A DNA stretch of 64,000 bases, from NCBI GenBank assembly GCA_029861955.1, contig JAOTYK010000007.1, forward strand, positions 60,938-124,937, given 5' to 3'. This document shows positions 10,779 to 20,693 of the stretch, in pieces; positions within the stretch are counted from its first letter, which is position 1, and every line of letters starts with the position of its first letter. Source of the DNA: Acidobacteriota bacterium. Its GTDB lineage: Bacteria > Acidobacteriota > Polarisedimenticolia > Polarisedimenticolales > Polarisedimenticolaceae. The notes beneath the pieces were generated by a model. That model saw only the letters and a program-made list of their open reading frames with translations, was not told the origin of the DNA and searched no databases. Made by a program: the position numbers and the translations under genes.

Positions 10779-13040
10779 GTGTTGCAGACCAATCAGTCCA
10801 GTAACGATCAGGGGGATCTTCTGCGGGCCCTCAACGAGCCGCAACGGATCGCGGTCACCCATGTCTCCGGTCCCCTACTCGTGCTCGCCGGCGCGGGCTC
10901 CGGTAAGACGCGGGTCATCACGCATCGAATCGCCAATCTGATCCTCCATGAGGACGTACAGCCCGACCGTATTCTTGCGGTGACGTTCACCAACAAGGCC
11001 GCCGCCGAGATGCGGGAGCGGGTTCAGAGGAGGCTGGCGGGCCATCCGTTCAACGCCTGGATCGGGACGTTCCACTCGCTGTGCCTACGCATCCTCCGAC
11101 AGGACGGCACTCGGATCGGGCTCGCCGAGGGCTTCAACATCTACGACGGTGACGACCAGCGTGCGCTCGTCAAGAGGATCCTCAAGGCCGAGGGCGTGGA
11201 TCGGAGTGCGGGCCCCCCAAGATCGTTCCTGTCGAAGATCTCTCGAGCGAAGAACGGGATGATCTCCCCGGCAGAACTCGAGAAGCAGTCCTATAGCCCC
11301 GAGGGTCGCCAGGCCGCCCGCATCTACGGCCTCTACGAGCAGGCTCTACGCCGCGCCAACGCGGTGGACTTCGATGATCTGCTGGTCCGTACTCTGGAAC
11401 TCTTTCGAGAGCACGAAGAGGTCGCCGCCCGCTACGCGTCTCGCTGCGAGTACCTGCTCGTCGACGAGTACCAGGACACGAACCGACCGCAATACCTGTT
11501 GGTTCGTTTTCTGACGGCCGCGCACGGCAACATCTGCGTCGTCGGCGACGAGGATCAGAGCATCTATCGCTTTCGCGGGGCGGAACTGAGAAACATCCTC
11601 GAGTTCGAGCAGGATCACCCGGATACGACGGTCATCCGGCTGGAGCAGAACTACCGATCCAGCGACACGATCATTCGCGCGGCGTCAGCGGTGATCGCAA
11701 AGAACGTCTTTCGCAAGGGGAAGACGCTCTGGACCGACAACGATCGCGGCGATCCGGTGGAGTTGTTTTGTGCCTCCGACGATCGACTCGAAGCCGCATG
11801 GGTCAGTCAACGCATCCAGCAGCTGGCCGATTCGATGCCCCTGGAAGAGATCGCGGTTCTCTACCGAACGAACGCACAGTCTCGTCAGGTCGAGGAGATG
11901 TTAAGACGGGACCGTGTGCCCTATCAGATCGTCGGCTCCGTCCAGTTCTACGAACGAAAGGAGATCAAGGATCTCCTGGCCTACCTGAAACTCGCGGCCA
12001 ACCCGTCGGATGACATCGCCTTTCGTCGGGTCGTCAATACGCCAACCCGAGGGATCGGGGCGACGACCCTGTCGCGAATCGACGACGTCGCACGAGGCCT
12101 GGGGCTCCCGTTGATGGAGGCAGCAGGTCACGCCCTACAACAGGGCCTCCTGCCCCAGCGAGCGGCCGGCCGGCTGCAGGAGTTCCTCGATTTCGTGACG
12201 ACACGGATGCATGTGGCCGACGACCAACCGGTCGCGGATCTACTTGAGCGGTTGGTCGAGGATCTGGACTACGAGGAGTATCTGGAGAAGGCATTTGCCG
12301 GGCAGGGTGGCGATCGGATGGAAAACGTCCTGTCGTTGATCAGCGCGGCCGCAGAGTACGCCGACGAGGTGGGCGGAGGGGACCTTCAGGGCTTCCTCGA
12401 TCGATCGGCACTGGTCGCGGGGGCCGACGAGGTCGGCGAGCGCCCCGGCGTCACGTTGATGACGATCCACTGCGCCAAAGGACTCGAGTTTCCCGCGGTG
12501 TTCCTACTGGGCCTTGAGGAAGAGTTGTTTCCCCATGCCATGGCCAGCGGCTCCGATGAGGACATCGAGGAAGAGCGTCGTCTCTGCTACGTCGCCATGA
12601 CGCGGGCGATGAAACGACTGTTCGTTTCTCATGCGGCGGTGCGTCGTGTCCAGGGAGCCCTGATCCCCCACCCCCCGTCTCGCTTTCTCTCGGAGATCCC
12701 GACCGACCTGATCCAGGACGTCTCACCGGTCCGGGTTCCGGGGTTCTTCGACCAGACGCCGCTGGGCGACTCAGGGTCCTCCGGCGGTGGTTCGTCCGCC
12801 GCCCGGGCGGCGAATCGTCGATCCACCGCCCCGCCTCCCGTGGTAGCCGGCCCGTCGCGTGCATCCGACGCCGAAGATGGCTATTCTGTCGGCTCTCGGG
12901 TGATCCATCCGCGCTTTGGGGTGGGACAGATCGTCAACCGAGAAGGGAAGGAAAAGCACCTCAAGCTGACCATTCATTTTTCTGATCATGGGCAAAAGAA
13001 GATCTTGCCCGCCTACACGAAACTACGTGTCGAGAGTTAA
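10779..13040 (+). CDS. uvrD: ATP-dependent DNA helicase, UvrD/PcrA family
   Basis: Superfamily 1 motifs AGAGSGKTRV, DEYQDTN, VGDEDQSIYRFRGA and TIHCAKGLEFPAV. GTG start is preceded by GGAGG. Confidence 0.93.
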   Translation: MLQTNQSSNDQGDLLRALNEPQRIAVTHVSGPLLVLAGAGSGKTRVITHRIANLILHEDVQPDRILAVTFTNKAAAEMRERVQRRLAGHPFNAWIGTFHSLCLRILRQDGTRIGLAEGFNIYDGDDQRALVKRILKAEGVDRSAGPPRSFLSKISRAKNGMISPAELEKQSYSPEGRQAARIYGLYEQALRRANAVDFDDLLVRTLELFREHEEVAARYASRCEYLLVDEYQDTNRPQYLLVRFLTAAHGNICVVGDEDQSIYRFRGAELRNILEFEQDHPDTTVIRLEQNYRSSDTIIRAASAVIAKNVFRKGKTLWTDNDRGDPVELFCASDDRLEAAWVSQRIQQLADSMPLEEIAVLYRTNAQSRQVEEMLRRDRVPYQIVGSVQFYERKEIKDLLAYLKLAANPSDDIAFRRVVNTPTRGIGATTLSRIDDVARGLGLPLMEAAGHALQQGLLPQRAAGRLQEFLDFVTTRMHVADDQPVADLLERLVEDLDYEEYLEKAFAGQGGDRMENVLSLISAAAEYADEVGGGDLQGFLDRSALVAGADEVGERPGVTLMTIHCAKGLEFPAVFLLGLEEELFPHAMASGSDEDIEEERRLCYVAMTRAMKRLFVSHAAVRRVQGALIPHPPSRFLSEIPTDLIQDVSPVRVPGFFDQTPLGDSGSSGGGSSAARAANRRSTAPPPVVAGPSRASDAEDGYSVGSRVIHPRFGVGQIVNREGKEKHLKLTIHFSDHGQKKILPAYTKLRVES

Positions 13041-13081
13041 CTCCGTACGCGAAAGCCCATAGTTCAGGAGAGCATCGAGCC

Positions 13082-13639
13082 ATGAAGGCGACACTTATCC
13101 GAAAGGGCCACCTGGTCCGCATCGACGGCCAACTCTACCGAGTCCTGGTCATGGACCATGTAACCCCCGGCAAGGGACGGGCCCACATCCAGGTCAAACT
13201 CCGCAACATCATCGAGGGGACGCAGAAGGACATGCGGTTTCGTTCCAGCGAAGATGTCGAACGTGTAGCCCTGGAACCAAAGAAGATGCAATTCCTGTAC
13301 GCCGACGGCGACGCCTATCACTTCATGGATACCGAGACGTACGAACAGACAGCGATCATGGCTGATGCTCTCGGAGACTCGGTCAACTATCTCTTGCCCG
13401 ACACCATGGTCGATACGGAGTGGTTCGAGGGTAAGCCGCTTGGAATCCAACTTCCGGCGACGGTCGACCTCAAGGTCGTCGAGACGGACCCGGGCATCAA
13501 GGACGCCACGGCTCAGGCGCAACGTAAACCCGCCAAGCTGGAGACCGGCGTCACCATCCAGGTGCCGTCGTTCATCGAGCAAGGCGAGTTGATCCGCGTG
13601 AGCACGATCGACGGATCCTACTCGGAACGGGCCAAGTAA
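13082..13639 (+). CDS. efp: elongation factor P
   Basis: 185 aa, with VTPGKGRAHIQVKLRNI (the modified-Lys loop) and the OB-fold C-terminal domains. AGGAGA RBS upstream. Confidence 0.96.
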   Translation: MKATLIRKGHLVRIDGQLYRVLVMDHVTPGKGRAHIQVKLRNIIEGTQKDMRFRSSEDVERVALEPKKMQFLYADGDAYHFMDTETYEQTAIMADALGDSVNYLLPDTMVDTEWFEGKPLGIQLPATVDLKVVETDPGIKDATAQAQRKPAKLETGVTIQVPSFIEQGELIRVSTIDGSYSERAK

Positions 13640-14320
13640 CTAGAGGTCGATCGACTCGCCCGGATTCAAGATCTTCGCGTCTCGTCCTCCGGCAGACATC
13701 TTCGAAAGCCACGAGTTCGCATCCACCTCGATGGGCGGGAAGGTGTCGAAGTGCATCGGTAGCGTCAACGCCGGATCGAGGAACTCGGCGGCCCTCACAG
13801 CATCGTCGATCCCCATCGTGAAGTTGTCACCGATCGGCAGGATCGCCACGTCCAGGGGACCGCAGACCTCGCCGATCAACTTCATGTCCAGAAACAGCCC
13901 GGTGTCCCCTGCGTGATAGATCTTCTTGTCGCCGGCGGACAACACCACACCCATCGGGTTGCCCAGTGCCTCCCCGTTCGGGCCGGTGGATCCATGGTGG
14001 GCGATCGTCCACTTGACATGACCGAAAGGAAACTCCCGACCGCCACCGATGTGCATCGGGTGCGTGCGACATTCCTGCCGGGAAAAATAGTCGGCGATCT
14101 CGAAATTGGATACAACCAGGGCATCGCAGCGGCGAGCGATCTCCGCCACATCCGCGAGGTGATCGAAGTGACCATGGGTCACGAGCACCGCGTCGAGCGT
14201 CTCGAAGTGTTCCGGACCAATCTTCGCCAGAGGATTTTCACGGAGAAACGGATCGATGAGGACCCGATGACCGCTCGTCTCGACCTCCCAGCAGGCATGG
14301 CCGTGGAAATGAAGTTTCAT
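13640..14320 (-). CDS. metal-dependent hydrolase, MBL fold (UPF0173-like)
   Basis: MKLHFHGHACWEV..VLVTHGHFDHL, 226 aa. Its start overlaps the hemL stop in an ATGA junction. Confidence 0.85.
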   Translation of the reverse strand: MKLHFHGHACWEVETSGHRVLIDPFLRENPLAKIGPEHFETLDAVLVTHGHFDHLADVAEIARRCDALVVSNFEIADYFSRQECRTHPMHIGGGREFPFGHVKWTIAHHGSTGPNGEALGNPMGVVLSAGDKKIYHAGDTGLFLDMKLIGEVCGPLDVAILPIGDNFTMGIDDAVRAAEFLDPALTLPMHFDTFPPIEVDANSWLSKMSAGGRDAKILNPGESIDL

Positions 14321-15612
14321 CCGTCTTTCTCCGTGTCGAAATCGCCCATGGCGCTGCCCATGGCCTCGATCGTCTGATCGATCTGCCCCTCGTCGTGGGC
14401 GAGTGAGATGAACGCCGCCTCGAACGCCGACGGGGCAAGGTAGACGCCACGCTGAAGCATGCCGTGAAAGAACCTGGCGTATCGAGCCGTGTCGGCTGCC
14501 ACGGCGTGACTGAAATTGCTAACCGCATCGTTCGTAAAAAAGCCCGTCAGCATCGAACCGACCCGGTTGATCCGGAGCGGAACCCCGTGGCGCTCGGCCG
14601 CCTCGTTCCAGCCCCGATGCAGTCGATCCGCCGTTCGCTCCAGCCTGTCGTAAGCACCGTCCTCATCGAGCAACGCCAGCGTCGCGAGACCTGCGCGCAT
14701 GGCCAACGGGTTCCCCGATAGCGTTCCCGCCTGATAGACCGGACCGTTGGGCGCAACCTGCTCCATGAGATCGGCTCGTCCACCATAGGCAGCTACCGGC
14801 AAGCCGCCACCGATAACCTTCCCGAAACAACTGAGGTCCGGCTGGACGCCGAATCGGTTCTGGGCGCCTCCGCGGTCCACCCGGAACCCCGTCATCACCT
14901 CATCCAGGATCAGCAGAGCCCCGTGATCGGCTGTAACGCGTCGCAACGCTTCCAGGTACCCCTCACTCGGTGGGATGACGCCCATGTTTCCTGCCACCGG
15001 CTCAACGATCATGCAGGCGATTTCTTCGCCATGGCGAGAGAACAGTTCTTCAACGGAGGGCACGTCATTGAACGGAACGACGTGGGTCAGCTCCGCAAGT
15101 GCCTTCGGGACACCGGGGCTACCCGGTATCCCCAGCGTCAGCACACCGGAACCCGCCTCGACAAGAAGCGAGTCGAAATGGCCGTGATAGCAACCCTCGA
15201 CCTTGACGATCCGTTCGCGACCGGTCACGCCTCGTGCCAGCCGGATGGCGGACATCGTCGCCTCGGTACCGGTTGAGACGCAGCGAAGACGCTCGCACGC
15301 GGGCACCCGCTCGCAGACGGCCGCCGCCAATCGGGTCTCGAGCTCGCACGGAGCGCCGAACGAGGTTCCCCGACGGGCCTGATCCTGAATCGCCTCGACC
15401 ACCGCGGGGTGCGCGTGACCTGCAATCAGGGGCCCCCAGGACCCGACGTAGTCGATGTACCAGCGGCCGTCGCTGTCCTGAACGCGACAACCCTCGCCCC
15501 GCTCGAGGAACAGCGGTGTTCCACCCACACCCTTGAAAGCCCGGACCGGGCTATTCACACCACCCGCGATATATCGCTGGGCCTCATCGAACAGTCTGCT
15601 CATGCGTATCAA
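14317..15612 (-). CDS. hemL: glutamate-1-semialdehyde 2,1-aminomutase
   Basis: SPVRAFKGVGGTPLF, ILDEVMTGFR and CFGKVIGGGLP (PLP Lys) are class III aminotransferase motifs of the HemL type. Confidence 0.95.
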   Translation of the reverse strand: MIRMSRLFDEAQRYIAGGVNSPVRAFKGVGGTPLFLERGEGCRVQDSDGRWYIDYVGSWGPLIAGHAHPAVVEAIQDQARRGTSFGAPCELETRLAAAVCERVPACERLRCVSTGTEATMSAIRLARGVTGRERIVKVEGCYHGHFDSLLVEAGSGVLTLGIPGSPGVPKALAELTHVVPFNDVPSVEELFSRHGEEIACMIVEPVAGNMGVIPPSEGYLEALRRVTADHGALLILDEVMTGFRVDRGGAQNRFGVQPDLSCFGKVIGGGLPVAAYGGRADLMEQVAPNGPVYQAGTLSGNPLAMRAGLATLALLDEDGAYDRLERTADRLHRGWNEAAERHGVPLRINRVGSMLTGFFTNDAVSNFSHAVAADTARYARFFHGMLQRGVYLAPSAFEAAFISLAHDEGQIDQTIEAMGSAMGDFDTEKDG

Positions 15613-15623
15613 AACCCCCGCGT

Positions 15624-16127
15624 CTATTCGAACAACAGTCCCTGATGCATCGGCGTCGGTCGCCGGTTCGGGCCCGGTCGGTAGTACCCCAGCAATCGCG
15701 CCCGATCGAGGATCCTACGATAGAAACGACGGAACCGAATCGAGTGGTCGAAATGCCGGAGATGCGCCAATTCGTGGCACAACGTATCGGCCAGGCTGGA
15801 CTCCTTGAGGAGCCTTCCCGTACGTGCATGACGCAACCGAATGCGGATGACGCCGTCGGCGTAACAAATCCCGTAGTGGCCGTGAGCATCGTCCCGTTCC
15901 TTCTCGATCGCGCTGTAGCGCAGCGAGAAGTGGGTGGCAAGATCCTCCGCCCATCGTCGCAGCTTCTCCATCGTCTCGATGTCCTGCTCGATCTTCACCT
16001 GACCGTGGGTGGTTGCCGCACGAACCGGCTGACGGGCCATCGCCCGGAGACGCGCCTGGATCGATGGCTGTAACGATCCCTCGAATTCCTTGAATAGGCC
16101 GGGAGAGCCCAGATCTTTGCGAGGCAT
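15624..16127 (-). CDS. zinc metalloprotease-like protein (DUF45/YgjP-like, HExxH)
   Basis: C-terminal CHELAHLRHFDHSIRFRRFY matches the HExxHx5H..F pattern of the DUF45/M48-related family. 167 aa. Confidence 0.7.
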   Translation of the reverse strand: MPRKDLGSPGLFKEFEGSLQPSIQARLRAMARQPVRAATTHGQVKIEQDIETMEKLRRWAEDLATHFSLRYSAIEKERDDAHGHYGICYADGVIRIRLRHARTGRLLKESSLADTLCHELAHLRHFDHSIRFRRFYRRILDRARLLGYYRPGPNRRPTPMHQGLLFE

Positions 16128-16133
16128 GGTGTC

Positions 16134-17114
16134 CTAGCCTCGGTTTAGTTGCCGCGCGGCCTCCCGCGCGTGGTACGTCAAGATCAGGTCGGCCCCGGCT
16201 CTGCGAATCGATGTCAGCGTTTCCATCACGACACGGTCACGGTCGATCCAGCCGGCGTTGGCCGCGGCAGCGACCATCGCGTACTCGCCACTGACGTTAT
16301 ATGCCGCGACGGGAACACCGAAGGTCTGCTTCACGCTCTGAATCACATCCAGGTACGCCAGCGCCGGCTTGACCATCACGATATCGGCCCCCTCGTCCAG
16401 ATCCAGCCCCACTTCCCCGAGGGCCTCGTCCCCGTTCGCCGGGTCCATCTGGTAGGAGAGTCGATCGCCGAACTGCGGCGCAGAATCGGCAGCCTCGCGA
16501 AACGGGCCGTAGTAGGCCGACGCGTACTTCGCCGCGTACGAAAGGAGGATTCGATCCGCAAACGCCGCCTCGTCGAGGGCCTCTCGAATCGCGCCAACGC
16601 GTCCATCCATCATGTCCGATGGAGCAATGACATCCGCGCCGGCGGCCGCGTGGGAGACTGCGACCCGGGCCAGCAACTGGAGCGTCGGGTCGTTGGCGAC
16701 GACCCCGTCTTCGATCACCCCACAGTGGCCGTGATCCGTGTACTCGCAGAGACAGACGTCGGTCATCACGACGAGCTCCGGGTACGACCGCTTCAACTCG
16801 CGGACCGCACGCTGAACGGCCGCCTCGTCGTCCCAGGCTTCGCTACCCTCGGCGTCCTTACGATCCGGGAGGCCGAAGAGCAGGACCGAACGAATCCCCT
16901 CTTCGATCGCCGCCCCTACCTCTTCGACCAGCCTGTCGACCGAGAAGTGGAATTGACCGGGCATGGAAGGGATCTCGTCGCGAACACCCTGGCCCTGCCG
17001 AACAAAGAGCGGGTAGACCAGATCGTCGTTATGGAGTCGCGTCTCGCGAACCAGACTCCGCAACCACGGGGTTCGTCGAAGTCGGCGCGGCCGTCGAGTG
17101 GGGAAGTCAGCCAT
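16134..17114 (-). CDS. hemB: porphobilinogen synthase (delta-aminolevulinate dehydratase), Zn type
   Basis: [15 protein letters not shown] and the Cys-rich zinc site [17 protein letters not shown] 17114 ([14 protein letters not shown]) fits the family better than the track start at 17162. Confidence 0.94.
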   Translation of the reverse strand: MADFPTRRPRRLRRTPWLRSLVRETRLHNDDLVYPLFVRQGQGVRDEIPSMPGQFHFSVDRLVEEVGAAIEEGIRSVLLFGLPDRKDAEGSEAWDDEAAVQRAVRELKRSYPELVVMTDVCLCEYTDHGHCGVIEDGVVANDPTLQLLARVAVSHAAAGADVIAPSDMMDGRVGAIREALDEAAFADRILLSYAAKYASAYYGPFREAADSAPQFGDRLSYQMDPANGDEALGEVGLDLDEGADIVMVKPALAYLDVIQSVKQTFGVPVAAYNVSGEYAMVAAAANAGWIDRDRVVMETLTSIRRAGADLILTYHAREAARQLNRG

Positions 17115-17122
17115 CGCGCGGG

Positions 17123-17296
17123 TCAGTCGTCCGGCTCTGCGAAGAAGAAATACTCCGCACATCCGGTACTGCAGAACGGTCGCCCGCTCATGCGATGTTC
17201 GTGTTCTTCACAGAAGTGCCTAAAACAGACCGGACACTTGTGTAGATTGACATCCTCGGACTCGACCGAGCACTTGAAACAGACGACTTTATGCAC
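17123..17296 (-). CDS. small Cys/His-rich (zinc-ribbon-like) protein, 57 aa
   Basis: Below the track size cutoff. Hand translation from GTG 17296 gives [57 protein letters not shown]. It has two CxxC pairs plus three more Cys, and AAGGGA lies 9 nt upstream. It ends 8 nt before the hemB start. An in-frame stop upstream at 17324-17326 bounds it. Confidence 0.5.
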   Translation of the reverse strand: MHKVVCFKCSVESEDVNLHKCPVCFRHFCEEHEHRMSGRPFCSTGCAEYFFFAEPDD

Positions 17297-17358
17297 GCTG
17301 CCCGTTCCCTTGCGCTCAGATCGTCACGGGGCTAAAGTAGCGGCCCGCGTGAGATCGG

Positions 17359-17433
<75 letters not shown>

Positions 17434-17469
17434 ATTGTTCCCGACATTTCAGAAGCTCACTATACCAAA

Positions 17470-17489
17470 GCGAGTCGGTGACGACTCGC
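17470..17489. terminator. perfect 8-bp GC-rich hairpin between tRNA (+) and aminotransferase (-) 3' ends
   Basis: GCGAGTCG-GTGA-CGACTCGC lies between two convergent 3' ends. Only a weak T tract (ggttctctt) follows, so function as a bidirectional terminator is inferred. Confidence 0.5.
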
Positions 17490-17500
17490 CGGTTCTCTTG

Positions 17501-18808
17501 CTACTCGACCGTATCGAGGAGCTTGCGGATCCGCGGGAAGCTCGATTCGATTTCTTCCATCGAAACGGCCCCCACCGACAACCGGAACCACCCGGTATCG
17601 CCCTCGTAGCCGAAGGCCTGGAATGGAACGACGGCCAGCCCGGCCTCGTCCAGCAACAGCTTTCGAATCGCATCGTTGTCAGTCAGGGAGCGTCCGGCGG
17701 CGGACCGACCGACGAGGTTGAGCTGCAACGACAGGTAGATGGCGCCCTGGGGCGCGATGCAGTCGACCGGATACCCGTCCCTGTGCATGGATTTGAATCC
17801 GGTATACAGGGCACTGAGACGCTGTCGAACCCGCTCTGCCATCTCTTTCTGGAATGTACGGACCTCGTCGTCGGCATTCAGGAATGCCGCAAGGGCCACC
17901 TGTTCGGGCTTAGGAGCCCAGGCTCCGACGTGACCGATCAGGGCCTTCATCCGATGCGTCAACTCGGGCGCGGCCAGCAACCAGCCGACTCTCAGGCCGG
18001 TCGCGGCGAATCCCTTCGAGACGCCATCCACGCTGATCACCCATGGGGCCGCCTCGGGCACCAATTCCACGGGCATGTAGTGTCGTGAGGCACCAAAGAC
18101 CAGAGACGCGTAGATCTGGTCGTGGAGGAGGAACAGCGCGGGCTTTCCGGTCTTCGTGCGACGTCGGTTCTCCTCGACGACGGCCCCTGTGATGTCTCGA
18201 AGATGGGCCTCGTCGATGACGGTTCCCGTCGGATTCAATGGACTGTTGAGGCAGAGCATCCGTGCGTCGGACAGGTGCGGCGCCAGCTGCTCGAGCGTCG
18301 GCATGAAGCCGTCTTCGGGGCGCGTCTTGACGACGACGCTCTCGGTATTGCAGATCACACTGTAGTGATTGTTGTTCCACGAGGGCACCGGGTAGACGAC
18401 GCGATCTCCGGGGTTCGTCACGCAGCGATAGGCCCCGTACAGGATCGGTCGGGCCCCACTTGCGATCAGGACCGATTCGACCGGATACGCGACTCCCCAG
18501 CTCCGGGCTACGTAAGCGGCAACGGCCTCCCGCAGCGCCAGGACCCCGTCGGAGGGTGGGTAGTTCGTCTGTCCGTCGGAGACCGCCTGCCGGATTCGAT
18601 CCGCGAAGCCCGAAGGAATCGGAAAATAGCGTGAGTCGAAGTCCCCGACGGTCAAATTGCAAATCTCGGCACCCGCGGCCACCATGCCGCGAATATCCGA
18701 AGCGATCTTGAGGATCTCCGAACCGGCCATCTTATGAGCGGTCTCGGAGAGAGAGGCGTCAACGAGGTTCTTCTCGCCGAATTCGAGGGTCGTCGTTTCT
18801 TTTAGCAT
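17501..18808 (-). CDS. PLP-dependent aminotransferase, class I/II (aspartate/aromatic-like)
   Basis: SVDGVSKGFAATGLRVGW (SKxF..GxR PLP-Lys motif), NPTG and YPPSDG. 435 aa. Confidence 0.88.
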   Translation of the reverse strand: MLKETTTLEFGEKNLVDASLSETAHKMAGSEILKIASDIRGMVAAGAEICNLTVGDFDSRYFPIPSGFADRIRQAVSDGQTNYPPSDGVLALREAVAAYVARSWGVAYPVESVLIASGARPILYGAYRCVTNPGDRVVYPVPSWNNNHYSVICNTESVVVKTRPEDGFMPTLEQLAPHLSDARMLCLNSPLNPTGTVIDEAHLRDITGAVVEENRRRTKTGKPALFLLHDQIYASLVFGASRHYMPVELVPEAAPWVISVDGVSKGFAATGLRVGWLLAAPELTHRMKALIGHVGAWAPKPEQVALAAFLNADDEVRTFQKEMAERVRQRLSALYTGFKSMHRDGYPVDCIAPQGAIYLSLQLNLVGRSAAGRSLTDNDAIRKLLLDEAGLAVVPFQAFGYEGDTGWFRLSVGAVSMEEIESSFPRIRKLLDTVE

Positions 18809-18860
18809 GCCGCAATTCTATCGACCTCACGACGCCTTGACCAGCCCCAGCGCAAATCGT

Positions 18861-20693
18861 TTATTCCCTTGCGGTTGGCGTCAGCTCGAAAGTGACACGT
18901 TCGCCGTTTCGTACCACGACAACAGTCACCGGGACATCGATCTTCGCCGCATCCAGCGCGTAGGTGTAGTCGTAGATGTTGGCGATCTTCTGCCCGGCGA
19001 ACTCGACGATCACGTCTCCGGCCCGCATCCCGGCCAGTTCCGCAGGCCCGCCACCGACCACGCCACTCAGCTTGAGACCCTCGACCTCGGTCGTGTAGTC
19101 CGGGATCGTCCCGGTGAATGCGCGGACGGTATCTCGGCTCCCACCGCGGCTAATCGGAGGATCGACCTTGAGCCACTCCGGTTCACTCTCGAGCGCGGCA
19201 AGCTTACGGGTGACGATGGAGGCGAACTGTGCGACTCGCGACAGGTCCGCGTAATTGATCGTTGCCGCATCGTCGCTTGGTCGATGGTAGTCCTCGTGGC
19301 TTCCGGTGAAGAAATTCAATGTCGGGACGCCGGCCTGATAGAGAACGGACGCATCCGTCGGCAGGTAGGGATCGCTCTGCGTGTTGATATCGAAGCCCAC
19401 CGGAACGTTGCTCTGTTCGACGATCTTCGGCCAGATCGAACTAGAACCCACGGACTGCAGGGTTAGACGATTCTCCCGCATCCGCCCGACCATATCGAAG
19501 TTGGCGTAGGCCGTAATGGCCTCGGGATCGAGCCCGTTACCGTTGACGAAATTCGTCGAACCCAGCAGGCCCAACTCTTCACCGGACCAGAATGCGAACG
19601 CGACTCGCCGCTGGACGGGTTTCTTTGCGAGTCGGCGCGCGACATCGAGAACCGCCGCCACGCCGGACGCGTTGTCATCCGCGCCGTTGTGGACCGCTCC
19701 GACTTCGTCACCGCTGGCCAGTGAGTTGCCATTCTTGCCATCCCCAAGATGGTCGTAATGGGCGCCGACGAGGACCCACCCCCGCTCCTCGGCCGGAGCC
19801 TTCGAGCCCTCGGCTAAGTGTGCCGGGAAATAACCGACGACGTTGCGACCCACCTTCCTCTCGCGGACGACGTGGGTCTCGATGGTCGCCTCGACCCCCG
19901 GTAGATCGAATCCACTCACGTGGGGATTGCCGGTATCGAGCGACGCCTGAACTTCCTCCAGACCCTTCCCCTCGACGCCCGAAAACAACGCCGCGACGAC
20001 ATCGGCCGACACGCTGGCCGCCACGATTCCTGAGCCCGACAACGCGGTATCGAAGCTCACCGGAATCGTCTCGCCGGCATTCGGGGATCGTGGCCCGATG
20101 GCGAACAGGACCGCACGCGCTCCCAGTTCCCTGGCGTGAAGGGCCTTGTAGCGCAGGCCGGAGTAGCGCGACAGCGTGGCACGCATATCCGCGTCGACAT
20201 CTTCCGGTACATACCGAAGGACAAGGACGATCTTATCCTTGACGTCGAGACCGACGAAACTGTTGTACTCGACGTCACCACCCTCCGGTAGCGCAAGGCC
20301 GTAGCCGGCGAAGACGACGGGACCGGTGACGGTTTCATTGTCGGAGAACGAGAGGGCCTGTACCGTCTCAGTCCCACGGAATTCTCGATAGACCTCGTCA
20401 CCGCTGGCGACGGCGACGCTGGAGCCACCGTCGTTCATTCCGGCCGTGAACTCGAACGGAATCTGGAACGAGTCCTGCCCCGGCAGCGGGTGCGCGCCGA
20501 GGCTCTTTAGCTGTTGGGCGATGTAGTCGGCCGCCTGCTGTTCTCCGTCGCTGCCAGTCAGCCTTCCCTGCATGGCGTCGCCGGCGAGGGTTTCGACGTG
20601 CTCTCGGACGCTGGCACCCAGGGCCACGCCCCCTGCCAGCAACAGCGCTCCGATCAACAGCGTGCGTCGCAATCGTAATCCGGCTCTTCTCAT
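18861..20693 (-). CDS. secreted M28-family aminopeptidase with PA domain and C-terminal PDZ domain
   Basis: Signal-like N-terminus, the M28 motif HNGADDNASGVAAVLDVARRL, and the PDZ-like GPAELAGMRAGDVIVEFAGQKI. Its start overlaps the upstream stop (ATGA). Confidence 0.85.
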   Translation of the reverse strand: MRRAGLRLRRTLLIGALLLAGGVALGASVREHVETLAGDAMQGRLTGSDGEQQAADYIAQQLKSLGAHPLPGQDSFQIPFEFTAGMNDGGSSVAVASGDEVYREFRGTETVQALSFSDNETVTGPVVFAGYGLALPEGGDVEYNSFVGLDVKDKIVLVLRYVPEDVDADMRATLSRYSGLRYKALHARELGARAVLFAIGPRSPNAGETIPVSFDTALSGSGIVAASVSADVVAALFSGVEGKGLEEVQASLDTGNPHVSGFDLPGVEATIETHVVRERKVGRNVVGYFPAHLAEGSKAPAEERGWVLVGAHYDHLGDGKNGNSLASGDEVGAVHNGADDNASGVAAVLDVARRLAKKPVQRRVAFAFWSGEELGLLGSTNFVNGNGLDPEAITAYANFDMVGRMRENRLTLQSVGSSSIWPKIVEQSNVPVGFDINTQSDPYLPTDASVLYQAGVPTLNFFTGSHEDYHRPSDDAATINYADLSRVAQFASIVTRKLAALESEPEWLKVDPPISRGGSRDTVRAFTGTIPDYTTEVEGLKLSGVVGGGPAELAGMRAGDVIVEFAGQKIANIYDYTYALDAAKIDVPVTVVVVRNGERVTFELTPTARE

